DNA from: Deinococcales bacterium | Lineage (GTDB): Bacteria; Deinococcota; Deinococci; Deinococcales; JAAFIG01 | Length of the DNA stretch: 64,000 bases | Reading direction: 5' to 3' | NCBI GenBank assembly: GCA_043778225.1 | Contig: JAYWGM010000061.1 | Location: 17,844 to 81,843, forward strand | Shown here: positions 7,841-16,898 of the stretch, piece after piece | Layout of the letters: each line of letters starts with the position of its first letter | How positions within the stretch are numbered: the first letter of the stretch is position 1 | Position numbers and translations under genes: made by a program | The notes under the pieces: model-generated | The model's database searches: none | Told to the model about the DNA's origin: nothing | The model's input: the letters and a program-made list of their open reading frames with translations, nothing else

Positions 7841-10519
7841 CTAGCCACTGCGTGGTGGTTTTAAGCGCCCCAGTAAATCCAAAGCTGCTACGGGCTTAGA
7901 AAAATAATAGCCTTGGGAACGATCAACTGCTAAGTCGCGCAATGCTAAAAACTGGGCTTTGGTTTCGACACCTTCGGCTACAACGCTCATCCCGACATGA
8001 CGTGCCAACATGATGATTAGTTTAACCATGGACCAGCCCGAATCATTTGGCTCGAGGTGCGAAACAAAACTGCGGTCTATTTTTAAGGAATTAACGGGTA
8101 ATTTTTGTAGATACGCCAGACTCGAGTAACCGGTGCCAAAATCGTCTATCGCAGTTTGAATCCCTTGGGCTTGCAAGCGCCGCAAACGCTCGACTGCTAA
8201 ATCGGTGTCGTTCATTAAAGCACTTTCGGTAATCTCGAGTTCAAGCGCTTTAGGGTCAAATTGCGTTTCGCGCAGTACCCTAGAAACGGTGTCCGAAAAA
8301 TCGGAGCGCATCAGTTGCTGCACATCGATATTGACTGCCAAAGCAACATTCAAACCATCGCGCCGCCATTCGGCAACCTCCATACAGGCTTTGCGTAGAA
8401 TCCATTCGCCCATCGGAACAATCAGACCAGACTCGAGCGCCACGGGTAAAAAGCGTCCGGGCGCGACTAAACCTTCTTGCGGGTGCTGCCAATACAAGAG
8501 CGCCTCGACCACAATCACCTGTTGGGCAGCATTGACTTGGGGCTGATAACGCACCACAAATTCGTTGCGCTCGAGGGCTTTGCGTAAAGAAACCTCTAAA
8601 TCTAAGCGCTCCTTCGAGGCTTTATTGAGGGCTGGGTCAAAGCGCTTAAAAGCGCCCTTACCGCCACGTTTAACGCTGTTCATGGCAGCATCGGCATTGC
8701 GTAACAAAAGGTTGGCACTCGTGCCATCGTCTGGGAAAATGGCTGCCCCAATGCTGGCGGACAAAAAGAGTTCGACCCCGCGCAAAGAAAGCGGATAGGA
8801 CAAGGCTTTGAGCATTTCTTTTGCCAAGGCTTCGGCTTCGCTCAGTTGCTCAAGATGATGCACCACCAGCGTAAATTCATCGCCGCCTGGACGAGCCAAT
8901 AAATCGCGCGAGGGCAAAATCGTGCGCCAACGGTCGGTTACGGTGCGTAAGACTTCATCGCCAACTTCGTGTCCAAGGGTGTCGTTGATGCGCCGAAAAC
9001 CATCGAGGTCGATTTGCAGTACCGCCAGTTTCCAACCGCGCTGTTGGGCAACTTTAAGGGCTTGCTCGAGGTGACGCTCGACCCCATAGCGGTTGGGTAA
9101 ATTGGTCAGGCTATCGGTGCTGGCTTGGTCATCGAGGCGGTCAATCAAAGTGCTGCGTTCAATCACCAGCGTGGCTAAACGTGCCACATTTTCAAAATGC
9201 TCGAGTTGCGAAGGCAAAGGCGCAACACTGCGCGAAAAATGCAGCTCGAGTGCGCCAATCACTGCACCATCGGCTGAGTTAATCGGCACTGCCCAAGAAC
9301 TTGCCACGCCACTCATCAGCATTGCCCTGTCCATATTGACCCAACGCGGGTCATCTTGGATGGCTTCGACCACAGCGGGGACAGCCTCGAGAATCGCATA
9401 AGAAGCCGTGCCATGCCCTAAGCCAATCGGCACGCCATCGAGTAACGAGCGCACCAAGGGTCGCCAATTGGGGGCAACCAACAATGCCAAACGATCGCCT
9501 CGGCGCATAAAGACACCAGCGGTTGCACCAATAAAAATTCGCTCGAGTAAACCAGTCAGGGTTTGCAGGGTTTCGTTTAAGGGTGCGCCTCGCAACGCCA
9601 ACTCGAGTACCCGATTGCGGTAGGCTTCCAAAAGCTCATTGCTTTTGCGCTCGGTAATATCGCGCCGCCACGAAACGCGGTTGGTGATTTGTCCACGCTC
9701 GTTGCGAATTGGCACAATCGAAAGCTGAATCCAAAGCGGCGTGTCGTCTTTGCGGTACTCGATGGTTTCAAATTCGACTGATTTGCCGATTCGTAAATCA
9801 CTCTTGGCACGATGATAAACGTCGGTGTCGCCATATGTACCACGCAACAGACCAGCCGACTGCCCAACCGCTTCCTCGCTAGAAAAGCCCATCAGACTGG
9901 TAAAAGCGGCATTGACAAAAATGATTTTTGAATCCTGTTCATTGCCATCGTCGGAATCGGCAACTTGGCTGATTAAAACACTCTCATCAGCATTGAGGAC
10001 GGCTGATTCAAAAAGCTGTAAGCGCTGGTCAAATTCCGAGAGCGTGGCTTTATCGACGGCTCGAGCTTTGGTTTGTTTGCTTGATTGCTGGCGCAAAAAA
10101 CCATTTTCTAAAGTCGAGGCAATCACCACCGCGAGGCGCTCGAGTTGTTCGACTTGGAGTGGCGAAAGCTGTACGGCTTGGCGGTACATCAGCATCAAAA
10201 CACCCGCCACAGTCCCCGAAAGCATGACTGGCACAGCCGCAATCACCGAAACCGATTGTTGAATCGTGCGCTCTGACCAGTGGGGGTACTGTTGCACCAA
10301 CAAAGGCTCACCGCTTGCCCAAACCCTTCCGGGGACATCAATACCATGCTCGAACGTACCAGCGATTTCAAGCGCCAACCCTCGAGCAAAAACACGCTGC
10401 ATCATCGAGCCAGCCACCACAAAAAGGGCTGTTCCATCGGTCACAAAAACGGAGGTACATAAATCAATAATCGTTTGTAAAGCATCACGATCAGAAGAGA
10501 GCGGTGGCGAAACAGACAT
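7841..10519 (-). CDS. GAF-PAS-GAF-GGDEF-EAL diguanylate cyclase/phosphodiesterase
   Basis: PAS (FVNAAF..LMGFS.EEAVG), DSLTNLPNR, intact GGDEF, EALL, ELEITES, DDFGTGYSSL, EGVET. Confidence 0.93.
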   Translation of the reverse strand: MSVSPPLSSDRDALQTIIDLCTSVFVTDGTALFVVAGSMMQRVFARGLALEIAGTFEHGIDVPGRVWASGEPLLVQQYPHWSERTIQQSVSVIAAVPVMLSGTVAGVLMLMYRQAVQLSPLQVEQLERLAVVIASTLENGFLRQQSSKQTKARAVDKATLSEFDQRLQLFESAVLNADESVLISQVADSDDGNEQDSKIIFVNAAFTSLMGFSSEEAVGQSAGLLRGTYGDTDVYHRAKSDLRIGKSVEFETIEYRKDDTPLWIQLSIVPIRNERGQITNRVSWRRDITERKSNELLEAYRNRVLELALRGAPLNETLQTLTGLLERIFIGATAGVFMRRGDRLALLVAPNWRPLVRSLLDGVPIGLGHGTASYAILEAVPAVVEAIQDDPRWVNMDRAMLMSGVASSWAVPINSADGAVIGALELHFSRSVAPLPSQLEHFENVARLATLVIERSTLIDRLDDQASTDSLTNLPNRYGVERHLEQALKVAQQRGWKLAVLQIDLDGFRRINDTLGHEVGDEVLRTVTDRWRTILPSRDLLARPGGDEFTLVVHHLEQLSEAEALAKEMLKALSYPLSLRGVELFLSASIGAAIFPDDGTSANLLLRNADAAMNSVKRGGKGAFKRFDPALNKASKERLDLEVSLRKALERNEFVVRYQPQVNAAQQVIVVEALLYWQHPQEGLVAPGRFLPVALESGLIVPMGEWILRKACMEVAEWRRDGLNVALAVNIDVQQLMRSDFSDTVSRVLRETQFDPKALELEITESALMNDTDLAVERLRRLQAQGIQTAIDDFGTGYSSLAYLQKLPVNSLKIDRSFVSHLEPNDSGWSMVKLIIMLARHVGMSVVAEGVETKAQFLALRDLAVDRSQGYYFSKPVAALDLLGRLKPPRSG

Positions 10520-10658
10520 AAGTTCTATTATGCCTGAAAGTCTCGAGTCTTGTTGTGAAAAACCGATTTCGTCTGTATTCTTGGCAAATAGTCTAAAATC
10601 GTAACCCTAAACCTTTGATTGGTCACACCAACGTTCCCATTAGCGTATACTTTTGTCC

Positions 10659-11006
10659 ATGGCTCGCATCAATCCAAATTTGCAAGAACAGCTACCGAAT
10701 TCCTCTAAGGTTTTGCGAGCAGAGCCACAGTTATCTAATTCCTTATTGGGTGTTTGGAGTGCGGCTTCGGCACGCCAAGCCTGGACAAGCCTGAATGTAC
10801 TGGCAGACCAACGGGTCAAAATTACAGCAGGCAACAAAGTCATGAGCGGTGTCATCGAGAGCCATGCCAGTGGCGAACTGCTTTTAACTTTATATGCTGG
10901 GGCTGGTGAAACCACGGTACAATTGGCTGGGACTTGGCAAATTCACGATTCAGAATTGCGCTTTGAGTTCAAAGCCACCGATATGGTTTTTATCCGCGTG
11001 CGTTAG
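10659..11006 (+). CDS. Hypothetical protein (beta-rich)
   Basis: ORF with TATACT-N7-ATG promoter. Confidence 0.6.
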   Translation: MARINPNLQEQLPNSSKVLRAEPQLSNSLLGVWSAASARQAWTSLNVLADQRVKITAGNKVMSGVIESHASGELLLTLYAGAGETTVQLAGTWQIHDSELRFEFKATDMVFIRVR

Positions 11007-11229
11007 AATGACCGCCAAGACCTCGAGAACCTGATTGTGTTGCCCCACACAAGCCCATCACTCGAGAATTGACACTTGTATCGGGCTGTGGCTACAGATT
11101 TTCTCACCGCTTTTGATTCGCTTGGCAAGGGCTGCGGATTCAGGTATTGCCGAGTCCTGGAGTTCTACCTACATAAATGTGAGCGCGGCACTGGCTGCAC
11201 TCAAGACGGTTCTAAGCTAAACTGTTTTT

Positions 11230-12396
11230 ATGACCCAAGCCAGAATTACCCGCGTTAGGCTCGAGAATTATAAAAGCATCAAGTTTTGTGATGTCAAACT
11301 CGAGCCTATAACTGTGCTGGTTGGACAGAACGGCAGTGGGAAAAGTAATTTTTTAGATGCCTTAGTGTTCACTCGAGATTTATTACTGCAAAATCTGGAT
11401 TTTGCAATTCAGGAACGTGGTAACTTTTTTGAAATTGCTCGTAAAGAAGGTGTACAACAAGCCCCGAGTTTTTCGGTCTTACTTGAAGTTACAGTTGGTC
11501 AAGAGTGCCTTGCACTGTATTATCAAATTGCATTTGAAGAAAAACCAATCATCAAAGAGCAATACTTGAAGAATGAGCAGGGTGAATATTTATACAAAAT
11601 TGCAGAGAATGATATTTTAATCAACTCGATTCATCTGATAGAGCATCTTTTCACCAGTCACCTTGGTATTTCGGTCAAAAGTGACTCAGATGTCAATGTC
11701 AAGGGCTTGGTGAATGTTTTTTTGCTTTTATTGCAATTTCTAAATCCTATACCAGAACATATGCGTCCACCCCAAAATCCTAATTTTTTTAACTGGTTCA
11801 AAGCTGATGGATCAAATATGGATTCGGTCTATCAAAAACTCGAGCAAGGGCAAGCTCAAAAGGTTAGAAAAATCAAGCACTACTTAGGTCTAGTCAACCC
11901 AGATATTATTGATATTGAAGTGAACAATGTCAGTAATTATCTGCTTGTGGATTTTCTGGGTAAATCATCTCGCTTCAATAAAAGTGCCGCATCAGATGGA
12001 ACGCTAAGTGCATGGGCATTGATAACTGCATTGTTTTATTGTGACGACTTAAAAAACTCAAAGCTACTTGCCGATACAGGTTGTATTCTAATCCTCGAAG
12101 AACCCGAAGCGCATTTATACCCAACGGCATTAGAAATTCTCCTCATTCTGATACGCCAAGTTGTACCAACTGTACAGATTTTATTGTCTACACACAGCCC
12201 AGTTTTACTCGAGAAAATTGAACTTGCTTCTGGTAAAGAAAAAATTTTGGTGGTAGAAACATTTAATGGTGAAACAATCATTGATGAGATAGATACAGCC
12301 AGTCGTAATGTTGTTCACAAAAAACTATTTGACCTCGGCGAACTTTTAACCATGAATCAACTTGAACCAAAAGCAATTGCTGGAAAAGCCCGATGA
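11230..12396 (+). CDS. ABC-type AAA ATPase (AAA_15/AAA_21, SMC/OLD-like)
   Basis: LENYKSI, Walker A VGQNGSGKSN, signature SDGT, Walker B/D-loop LILEEPEAHLYP, H-loop STHSP. Confidence 0.9.
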   Translation: MTQARITRVRLENYKSIKFCDVKLEPITVLVGQNGSGKSNFLDALVFTRDLLLQNLDFAIQERGNFFEIARKEGVQQAPSFSVLLEVTVGQECLALYYQIAFEEKPIIKEQYLKNEQGEYLYKIAENDILINSIHLIEHLFTSHLGISVKSDSDVNVKGLVNVFLLLLQFLNPIPEHMRPPQNPNFFNWFKADGSNMDSVYQKLEQGQAQKVRKIKHYLGLVNPDIIDIEVNNVSNYLLVDFLGKSSRFNKSAASDGTLSAWALITALFYCDDLKNSKLLADTGCILILEEPEAHLYPTALEILLILIRQVVPTVQILLSTHSPVLLEKIELASGKEKILVVETFNGETIIDEIDTASRNVVHKKLFDLGELLTMNQLEPKAIAGKAR

Positions 12397-13001
12397 GTTT
12401 ACTGATTCAACCAATTGTTGAAGGTCAGGGTGAAGTGCTTGCAACTCGAACCTTAATCACTCGAATTGCTGCGACTTTTTGGAATCCTGACAGCTATGTT
12501 GAAGTGCTTCGCCCTATTTTAATTCATCGAACCAAAATTGATATTGCGTCAGAACTAGAAAATCGTATTGAGTTAGCTCGACAAAAAATTCATGCCTCTG
12601 ATTCAAATGGTGGTATTCTTGTTTTGTTTGATAGCGATGATGATTGCCCAGCAACTCTAGCGCCTAAATTGCTTGAGCGAGCTAAGAATGCCTGTATAGA
12701 TGTGCCAATTAGTGTGGTTATGGCGCATCGAGAATATGAAACATGGTTTCTTGCTGCCGCTTCTTCTATTGAAGCACTCAAAAATGCTTTGCCACACCCT
12801 GACCCCGAAAGTAAACGTGGTGCAAAAGAATGGCTATCACGGCATATGACCGACAGTTACGAACCAACAGATTACCAAACCTCATTTACTACACAATTTG
12901 ATTTGCATCTGGCTCGAGAAAATGCGCCTTCGTTTGATAAGCTCTGCCGTGATTTAACCGCTATGCTAACCGAACTTTCTAATACCCCTCCGCCGCCGTG
13001 A
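12393..13001 (+). CDS. DUF4276 family protein (TOPRIM-like)
   Basis: IVEGQGE, VLFDSDDDCP, EYETWFLA, PE.KRGAKEWL, APSFDKLCR; ATGA coupling to the ATPase. Confidence 0.82.
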   Translation: MSLLIQPIVEGQGEVLATRTLITRIAATFWNPDSYVEVLRPILIHRTKIDIASELENRIELARQKIHASDSNGGILVLFDSDDDCPATLAPKLLERAKNACIDVPISVVMAHREYETWFLAAASSIEALKNALPHPDPESKRGAKEWLSRHMTDSYEPTDYQTSFTTQFDLHLARENAPSFDKLCRDLTAMLTELSNTPPPP

Positions 13002-13668
13002 GACTCGAGACGAGTGCCAGCGCGGCGGTTTCCGCTCGTAAAATCCGTTTTCCCAGCGTCACACGAACAATCCCTTTTTGCTCGAGCAGTGCAATTTCGT
13101 GGCTCGAGAATCCACCTTCAGGTCCAGAAATAATTGTAAAAGGCGCATCCCAACTTACGGCTTCTCGAGGCAGTAAGCTCGAGTGCGGGTGCGCCACAAT
13201 GGCGGGGGAAGTTAGGCTCGAAAGTGGCATTGGCTCGAAAACGCTGGGGATTACATTGCGCTGGCATTGCTTGGCGGCTTCGGTGGCAATGCGCCTCAGT
13301 CGCTCGAGTTTCTGTGTGCCAATTTCTTTGACTTCGCTGTGCTGAGTAATCAAAAGCTGGATGCTCGAGACTCCAAGCTCGGTGGCAGCGCGTACCACAT
13401 CGGATAACTTATCGGCTTTTAACAAGGCAATGGCTAAAGTAATGCTTTGTGGTGGCTCGAGGCTGCTGGCGGTGGCTGGCTCGAGTTCAACTACAAATTG
13501 TAGTTCAGTAACCTCGAGAATAATGCCGATTGCCTCGAGTCCAGCCCCATTAAAAACCGTAATTGAATCGCCAACTTTGGCTCGAAGCACCCGCAAATGT
13601 GCCGCCTCGAGACTGGATATTTGAATAATTGGCTCGAGATGTGCATGAAAGGTTCGGTGTGGGCGCAT
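12979..13668 (-). CDS. rsmE: 16S rRNA m3U1498 methyltransferase
   Basis: HLRVLR, KADK...V...TELGV, EAAKQCQR, GPEGGFS, LGKRILRAETA. Confidence 0.95.
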   Translation of the reverse strand: MRPHRTFHAHLEPIIQISSLEAAHLRVLRAKVGDSITVFNGAGLEAIGIILEVTELQFVVELEPATASSLEPPQSITLAIALLKADKLSDVVRAATELGVSSIQLLITQHSEVKEIGTQKLERLRRIATEAAKQCQRNVIPSVFEPMPLSSLTSPAIVAHPHSSLLPREAVSWDAPFTIISGPEGGFSSHEIALLEQKGIVRVTLGKRILRAETAALALVSSLTAAEGY

Positions 13669-13679
13669 AGAAAAAGTTT

Positions 13680-13707
13680 AACCCCTCAAGTCATCTCGAG
13701 GGGTTTT
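13680..13707. terminator. Hairpin after the lipoprotein gene (possible intrinsic terminator)
   Basis: AACCCCTC...GAGGGGTT inverted repeat. Confidence 0.5.
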
Positions 13708-13722
13708 GGCGCAGAATAAAGT

Positions 13723-14346
13723 TTAGAGTTTGATTTCGCCGCTTCCAGCACCAAATGTAATACCCAAGGTGCAACCGCTCAAGGCTGGGCTGGTGGCTAC
13801 GGTGGCATCAACTTTGACGCTGTTTGGGGTTGGCGCAGTGCTGATGATGTTGATTGCAGTGGCGAGGTTTGGAATAGCAAACAATAAAGCTGCTGTATTT
13901 AAGCCACTAACCACACCAGCTGGTGTGATGTTAAAGGTAAAGGTTGGGATGGTTGCAGTCACCGAGCGAACCACAGGTGGTGTTGCGGTTGTCGAGTCGC
14001 TCACAACCACAGTCATGTTCGAGACAGTTACGGCAATGCTGGTTGCGTTGCCAAGTGCAAGGCAGCCAGCCGAGATTGAGGCGCTGGCGATAGCCAATTG
14101 AACATTGAAAGAAGATGGCGTAAATGGAATGGCGGTGGTCAAGTCAGCAAAGGTGGCACTGACGGTTGCGTTGCCTTGTCCTGCCACTTGTGGGCGAATG
14201 GACGCGCCAGTTGCCGAAAGTGGTGCGCTTAAAACTGCGCCGCTTAATCCCAGTGGATTGTCAACTTTGACGGGTGGAATCAGTCCACAACTTGCGAATA
14301 CAGCACTTAATCCGAGGGCGGCACCTAGTAATACTACTTTTTTCAT
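13723..14346 (-). CDS. Lipoprotein, beta-rich, function unknown
   Basis: MKK + hydrophobic stretch + lipobox FASC; GGAGG RBS. Confidence 0.8.
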   Translation of the reverse strand: MKKVVLLGAALGLSAVFASCGLIPPVKVDNPLGLSGAVLSAPLSATGASIRPQVAGQGNATVSATFADLTTAIPFTPSSFNVQLAIASASISAGCLALGNATSIAVTVSNMTVVVSDSTTATPPVVRSVTATIPTFTFNITPAGVVSGLNTAALLFAIPNLATAINIISTAPTPNSVKVDATVATSPALSGCTLGITFGAGSGEIKL

Positions 14347-14489
14347 ATGTCCTCCATACCCTGATACCTAGTCTTTCGACCAGCCCGCATCATGAGGTTT
14401 AATACAGTTTAGATTTTAACTCATTTTCCGTCACAGGAACGTCAAATCAAAAAAGTGCTTTGTGGTACAACTCGAGTTAGAATAACAAA

Positions 14490-16133
14490 ATGGCAATTCG
14501 GGTCTTACCAGAGTCTTTACGGCGTGAAATTGCGGCGGGTGAAATTATTGCCCGACCAAGCGACGCGGTTAAAGAATTGCTCGAGAATGCCCTCGATGCT
14601 GGGGCAACCCGAATCGAAGTGCTGTTGCGCGGGGCTGGACTGGATTTAATTAGGGTATCAGATGACGGGGCGGGGATTGCCGCCCAAGAAGTCGAATTGG
14701 CTTTAGAGCGCTTTGCAACCAGTAAACTCGAGACGATAGAAACCATTGCCACCCTCGGTTTTCGTGGTGAAGCCTTATGGAGCATGGCATTTGCCGCCGA
14801 TGTGGTGCTGACCACTCGCCCAAAAAATCAGCTTGGTGGCTCGAGATTAACCGTGCTGGACGGTGAGCGCACTTTAACAAAAGTCACCAGTCCATCCGGT
14901 ACAACTGTTGAAGTGCAAAAATTATTTGCCCGTTTTCCAGCCCGTAAAGCTGGCTTAGAAAGTGCTGCCCTCGAGACCCGACGTGTTATCAATCTGGTAC
15001 AGCGTTATGTGCTGCATCACCCAAGTGTGGCATGGCGTGTGACTGTTGAAACAGATGTACGCCTTAACCACACGCCCAGTAATTTCCGCGAGGCAGTCGC
15101 CACAGTTTACGGCGCAATGACCGCTAACCGTTTGCTCAGCCTTGACTTTGAGCAAAACGGTGTGCGGGTAACAGGGGTGATTACCCGCCCCGAACTTGCC
15201 CGACCGCGCACTGACCGAATGCACGTGGCAATCAACAACCGCCCAGTCGAACTCGAGACCAACATCGAAAATGCTGTGCTGCGGGCGTTGAGTAGCTTAT
15301 TGCCCAAGAACCATGCTCCGAGTATGGTCTTAAATATCGTTGTGCCGCCCGAAACGGTTAATCAAAACGCCCACCCCGGAAAATTGCGGGTGGCGTTGCT
15401 CGAGGCAAAACGAGTCGAAGCTGTGGTCGAAGCCGCGATTGCCCAAGTTCTGGTGGCTCAGCCACTTGCCCCCAGTGCGCCCGAGCCAAGAATTGTCCAA
15501 GCCCCACAAGCCATTCGGTCAGTCTTCCCAGAACTGCGTTTGATTGGCACATACCGCGATACCTATTTGCTTGCCGAAAGTACCGACGGCGATTTATGGT
15601 TACTCGACCAACACGCCGCCCATGAACGAATTATCTTTGAAGAACTCGAAGATGGATTCGAGACTGCCCAAGCCCTCGAGTTACCTAAGCCTGAGTTATT
15701 GACCCTGCCGCCAGATGTTGAACTTGCACTCGAGACACGGCGCGAAGAACTGCAAACTTGGGGCTTTAGCTTCGAGAATTTTGGCGGTGGGTTGCACCGC
15801 ATTGCCAGTATTCCAGCCGCCTTGATTGCGCTGCGCCTCGAGACGGTTGTGGATGTGCTATCTCGAGCCTTAAATGCTCCCGATGCCCGCCGTGATTTTT
15901 TGGCACGAATGGCGTGTTTACCGGCGATTAAAGCCGGACACAAACTTTTAGAAGCTGAGGCAATTGTGCTGCTAGAGACGCTACGGGCTTGCCGTGTGCC
16001 GTGGGCGTGTCCGCACGGCAGACCGACGGCGCTAAAATTAAGCGAACGGGATTTAGCGCATCAATTTGGACGGCGCAGCCCAAGGGATGTAGCCAGCAGC
16101 CCAAAAGAGGTTGCTCGAGAAGTAAAGGTTTGA
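14490..16133 (+). CDS. mutL: DNA mismatch repair endonuclease MutL
   Basis: IAAGEII.RP...VKELLENALDAGA, GFRGEAL, DQHAAHER, ACLPAIK, CPHGRP. Confidence 0.96.
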   Translation: MAIRVLPESLRREIAAGEIIARPSDAVKELLENALDAGATRIEVLLRGAGLDLIRVSDDGAGIAAQEVELALERFATSKLETIETIATLGFRGEALWSMAFAADVVLTTRPKNQLGGSRLTVLDGERTLTKVTSPSGTTVEVQKLFARFPARKAGLESAALETRRVINLVQRYVLHHPSVAWRVTVETDVRLNHTPSNFREAVATVYGAMTANRLLSLDFEQNGVRVTGVITRPELARPRTDRMHVAINNRPVELETNIENAVLRALSSLLPKNHAPSMVLNIVVPPETVNQNAHPGKLRVALLEAKRVEAVVEAAIAQVLVAQPLAPSAPEPRIVQAPQAIRSVFPELRLIGTYRDTYLLAESTDGDLWLLDQHAAHERIIFEELEDGFETAQALELPKPELLTLPPDVELALETRREELQTWGFSFENFGGGLHRIASIPAALIALRLETVVDVLSRALNAPDARRDFLARMACLPAIKAGHKLLEAEAIVLLETLRACRVPWACPHGRPTALKLSERDLAHQFGRRSPRDVASSPKEVAREVKV

Positions 16134-16201
16134 CGTTAGCTCGAGACACGCCCAAGCAGCCAGAGCTTCAAGCTGGAGAATACAAAAGCACAGATAGTTC
16201 A

Positions 16202-16356
16202 GCCCCTCGTCTGACTCGCCTTAGGCTCGTCACCTTCCCCCAAGTCGCTTTGCTGGGGAGGGTTGGGGTGCGAGCTTTTGACCTTGAAACCCCTCATGGA
16301 GGGGTCGAGCCTAAGGCGAGCGCCCAAAGCCCGAAGGTGCTGCTTCAGGGGCAAGA
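16202..16356. repeat. Structured intergenic palindromic element (REP/MITE-like)
   Basis: Perfect 15-bp inverted repeat 16215-16229/16306-16320 enclosing two hairpins; shares a ~36-bp motif with 23246-23284. Confidence 0.65.
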
Positions 16357-16446
16357 GAGGGGGAGTACGTGAGAGATGACATTTTTTCGATTAGTCGCCT
16401 AGAAAATAGACACGAGTTGCAGATAGTGCCAACTCTAATTAGTATC

Positions 16447-16845
16447 TTAGGGTAAACGTGGTGGTGGATTGTTACCATAATCAGGATATTTTGTTGCAAT
16501 AACACCCTTATCTGTTTCAAAGGATAACCAACACGCAGCAAACTTTGGAATTTTTACGGATAATTCAAAAGTGGTTTGGGCTTTTGGGTCGAGTGTCGTA
16601 GCTTTGACATAACTCGAGTCTTGGGCGACTAACACTTTACGATCTTTATCCTGAAAATATTCTGCTGTCACTTTAAGGTATTTAATCTGATTAGCACTGA
16701 CATTTTGTACTGTGCCATATAACTTTGAATAACCAATCGTGTCGGGTACATCGCAGTTCCAGCGAAGAACCTCGAGAATGGGCGTAACTTGTTGCGCGGT
16801 AGCTGATGCTATTAAGACTGATCCAAGAATTAACCACTTTTTCAT
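16447..16845 (-). CDS. Secreted FxLYD-like domain protein
   Basis: Signal peptide; G.VQN.S...IKYLKVTAEYFQD, LDPKAQTTFE pattern. Confidence 0.75.
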   Translation of the reverse strand: MKKWLILGSVLIASATAQQVTPILEVLRWNCDVPDTIGYSKLYGTVQNVSANQIKYLKVTAEYFQDKDRKVLVAQDSSYVKATTLDPKAQTTFELSVKIPKFAACWLSFETDKGVIATKYPDYGNNPPPRLP

Positions 16846-16898
16846 AAACTCCTTCGCTGCTTTTTTGGATAAGATTAGGTTGGTAGTCTCCCATTTGC

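Noticed and set aside
11007..11229. Possible ncRNA, 61-aa ORF or 2-hydroxyacid-dehydrogenase C-terminal remnant (DLENLIVLPH)
   Set aside because: Only short imperfect hairpins, no recognisable RNA family, no convincing start signals; cannot be resolved by eye
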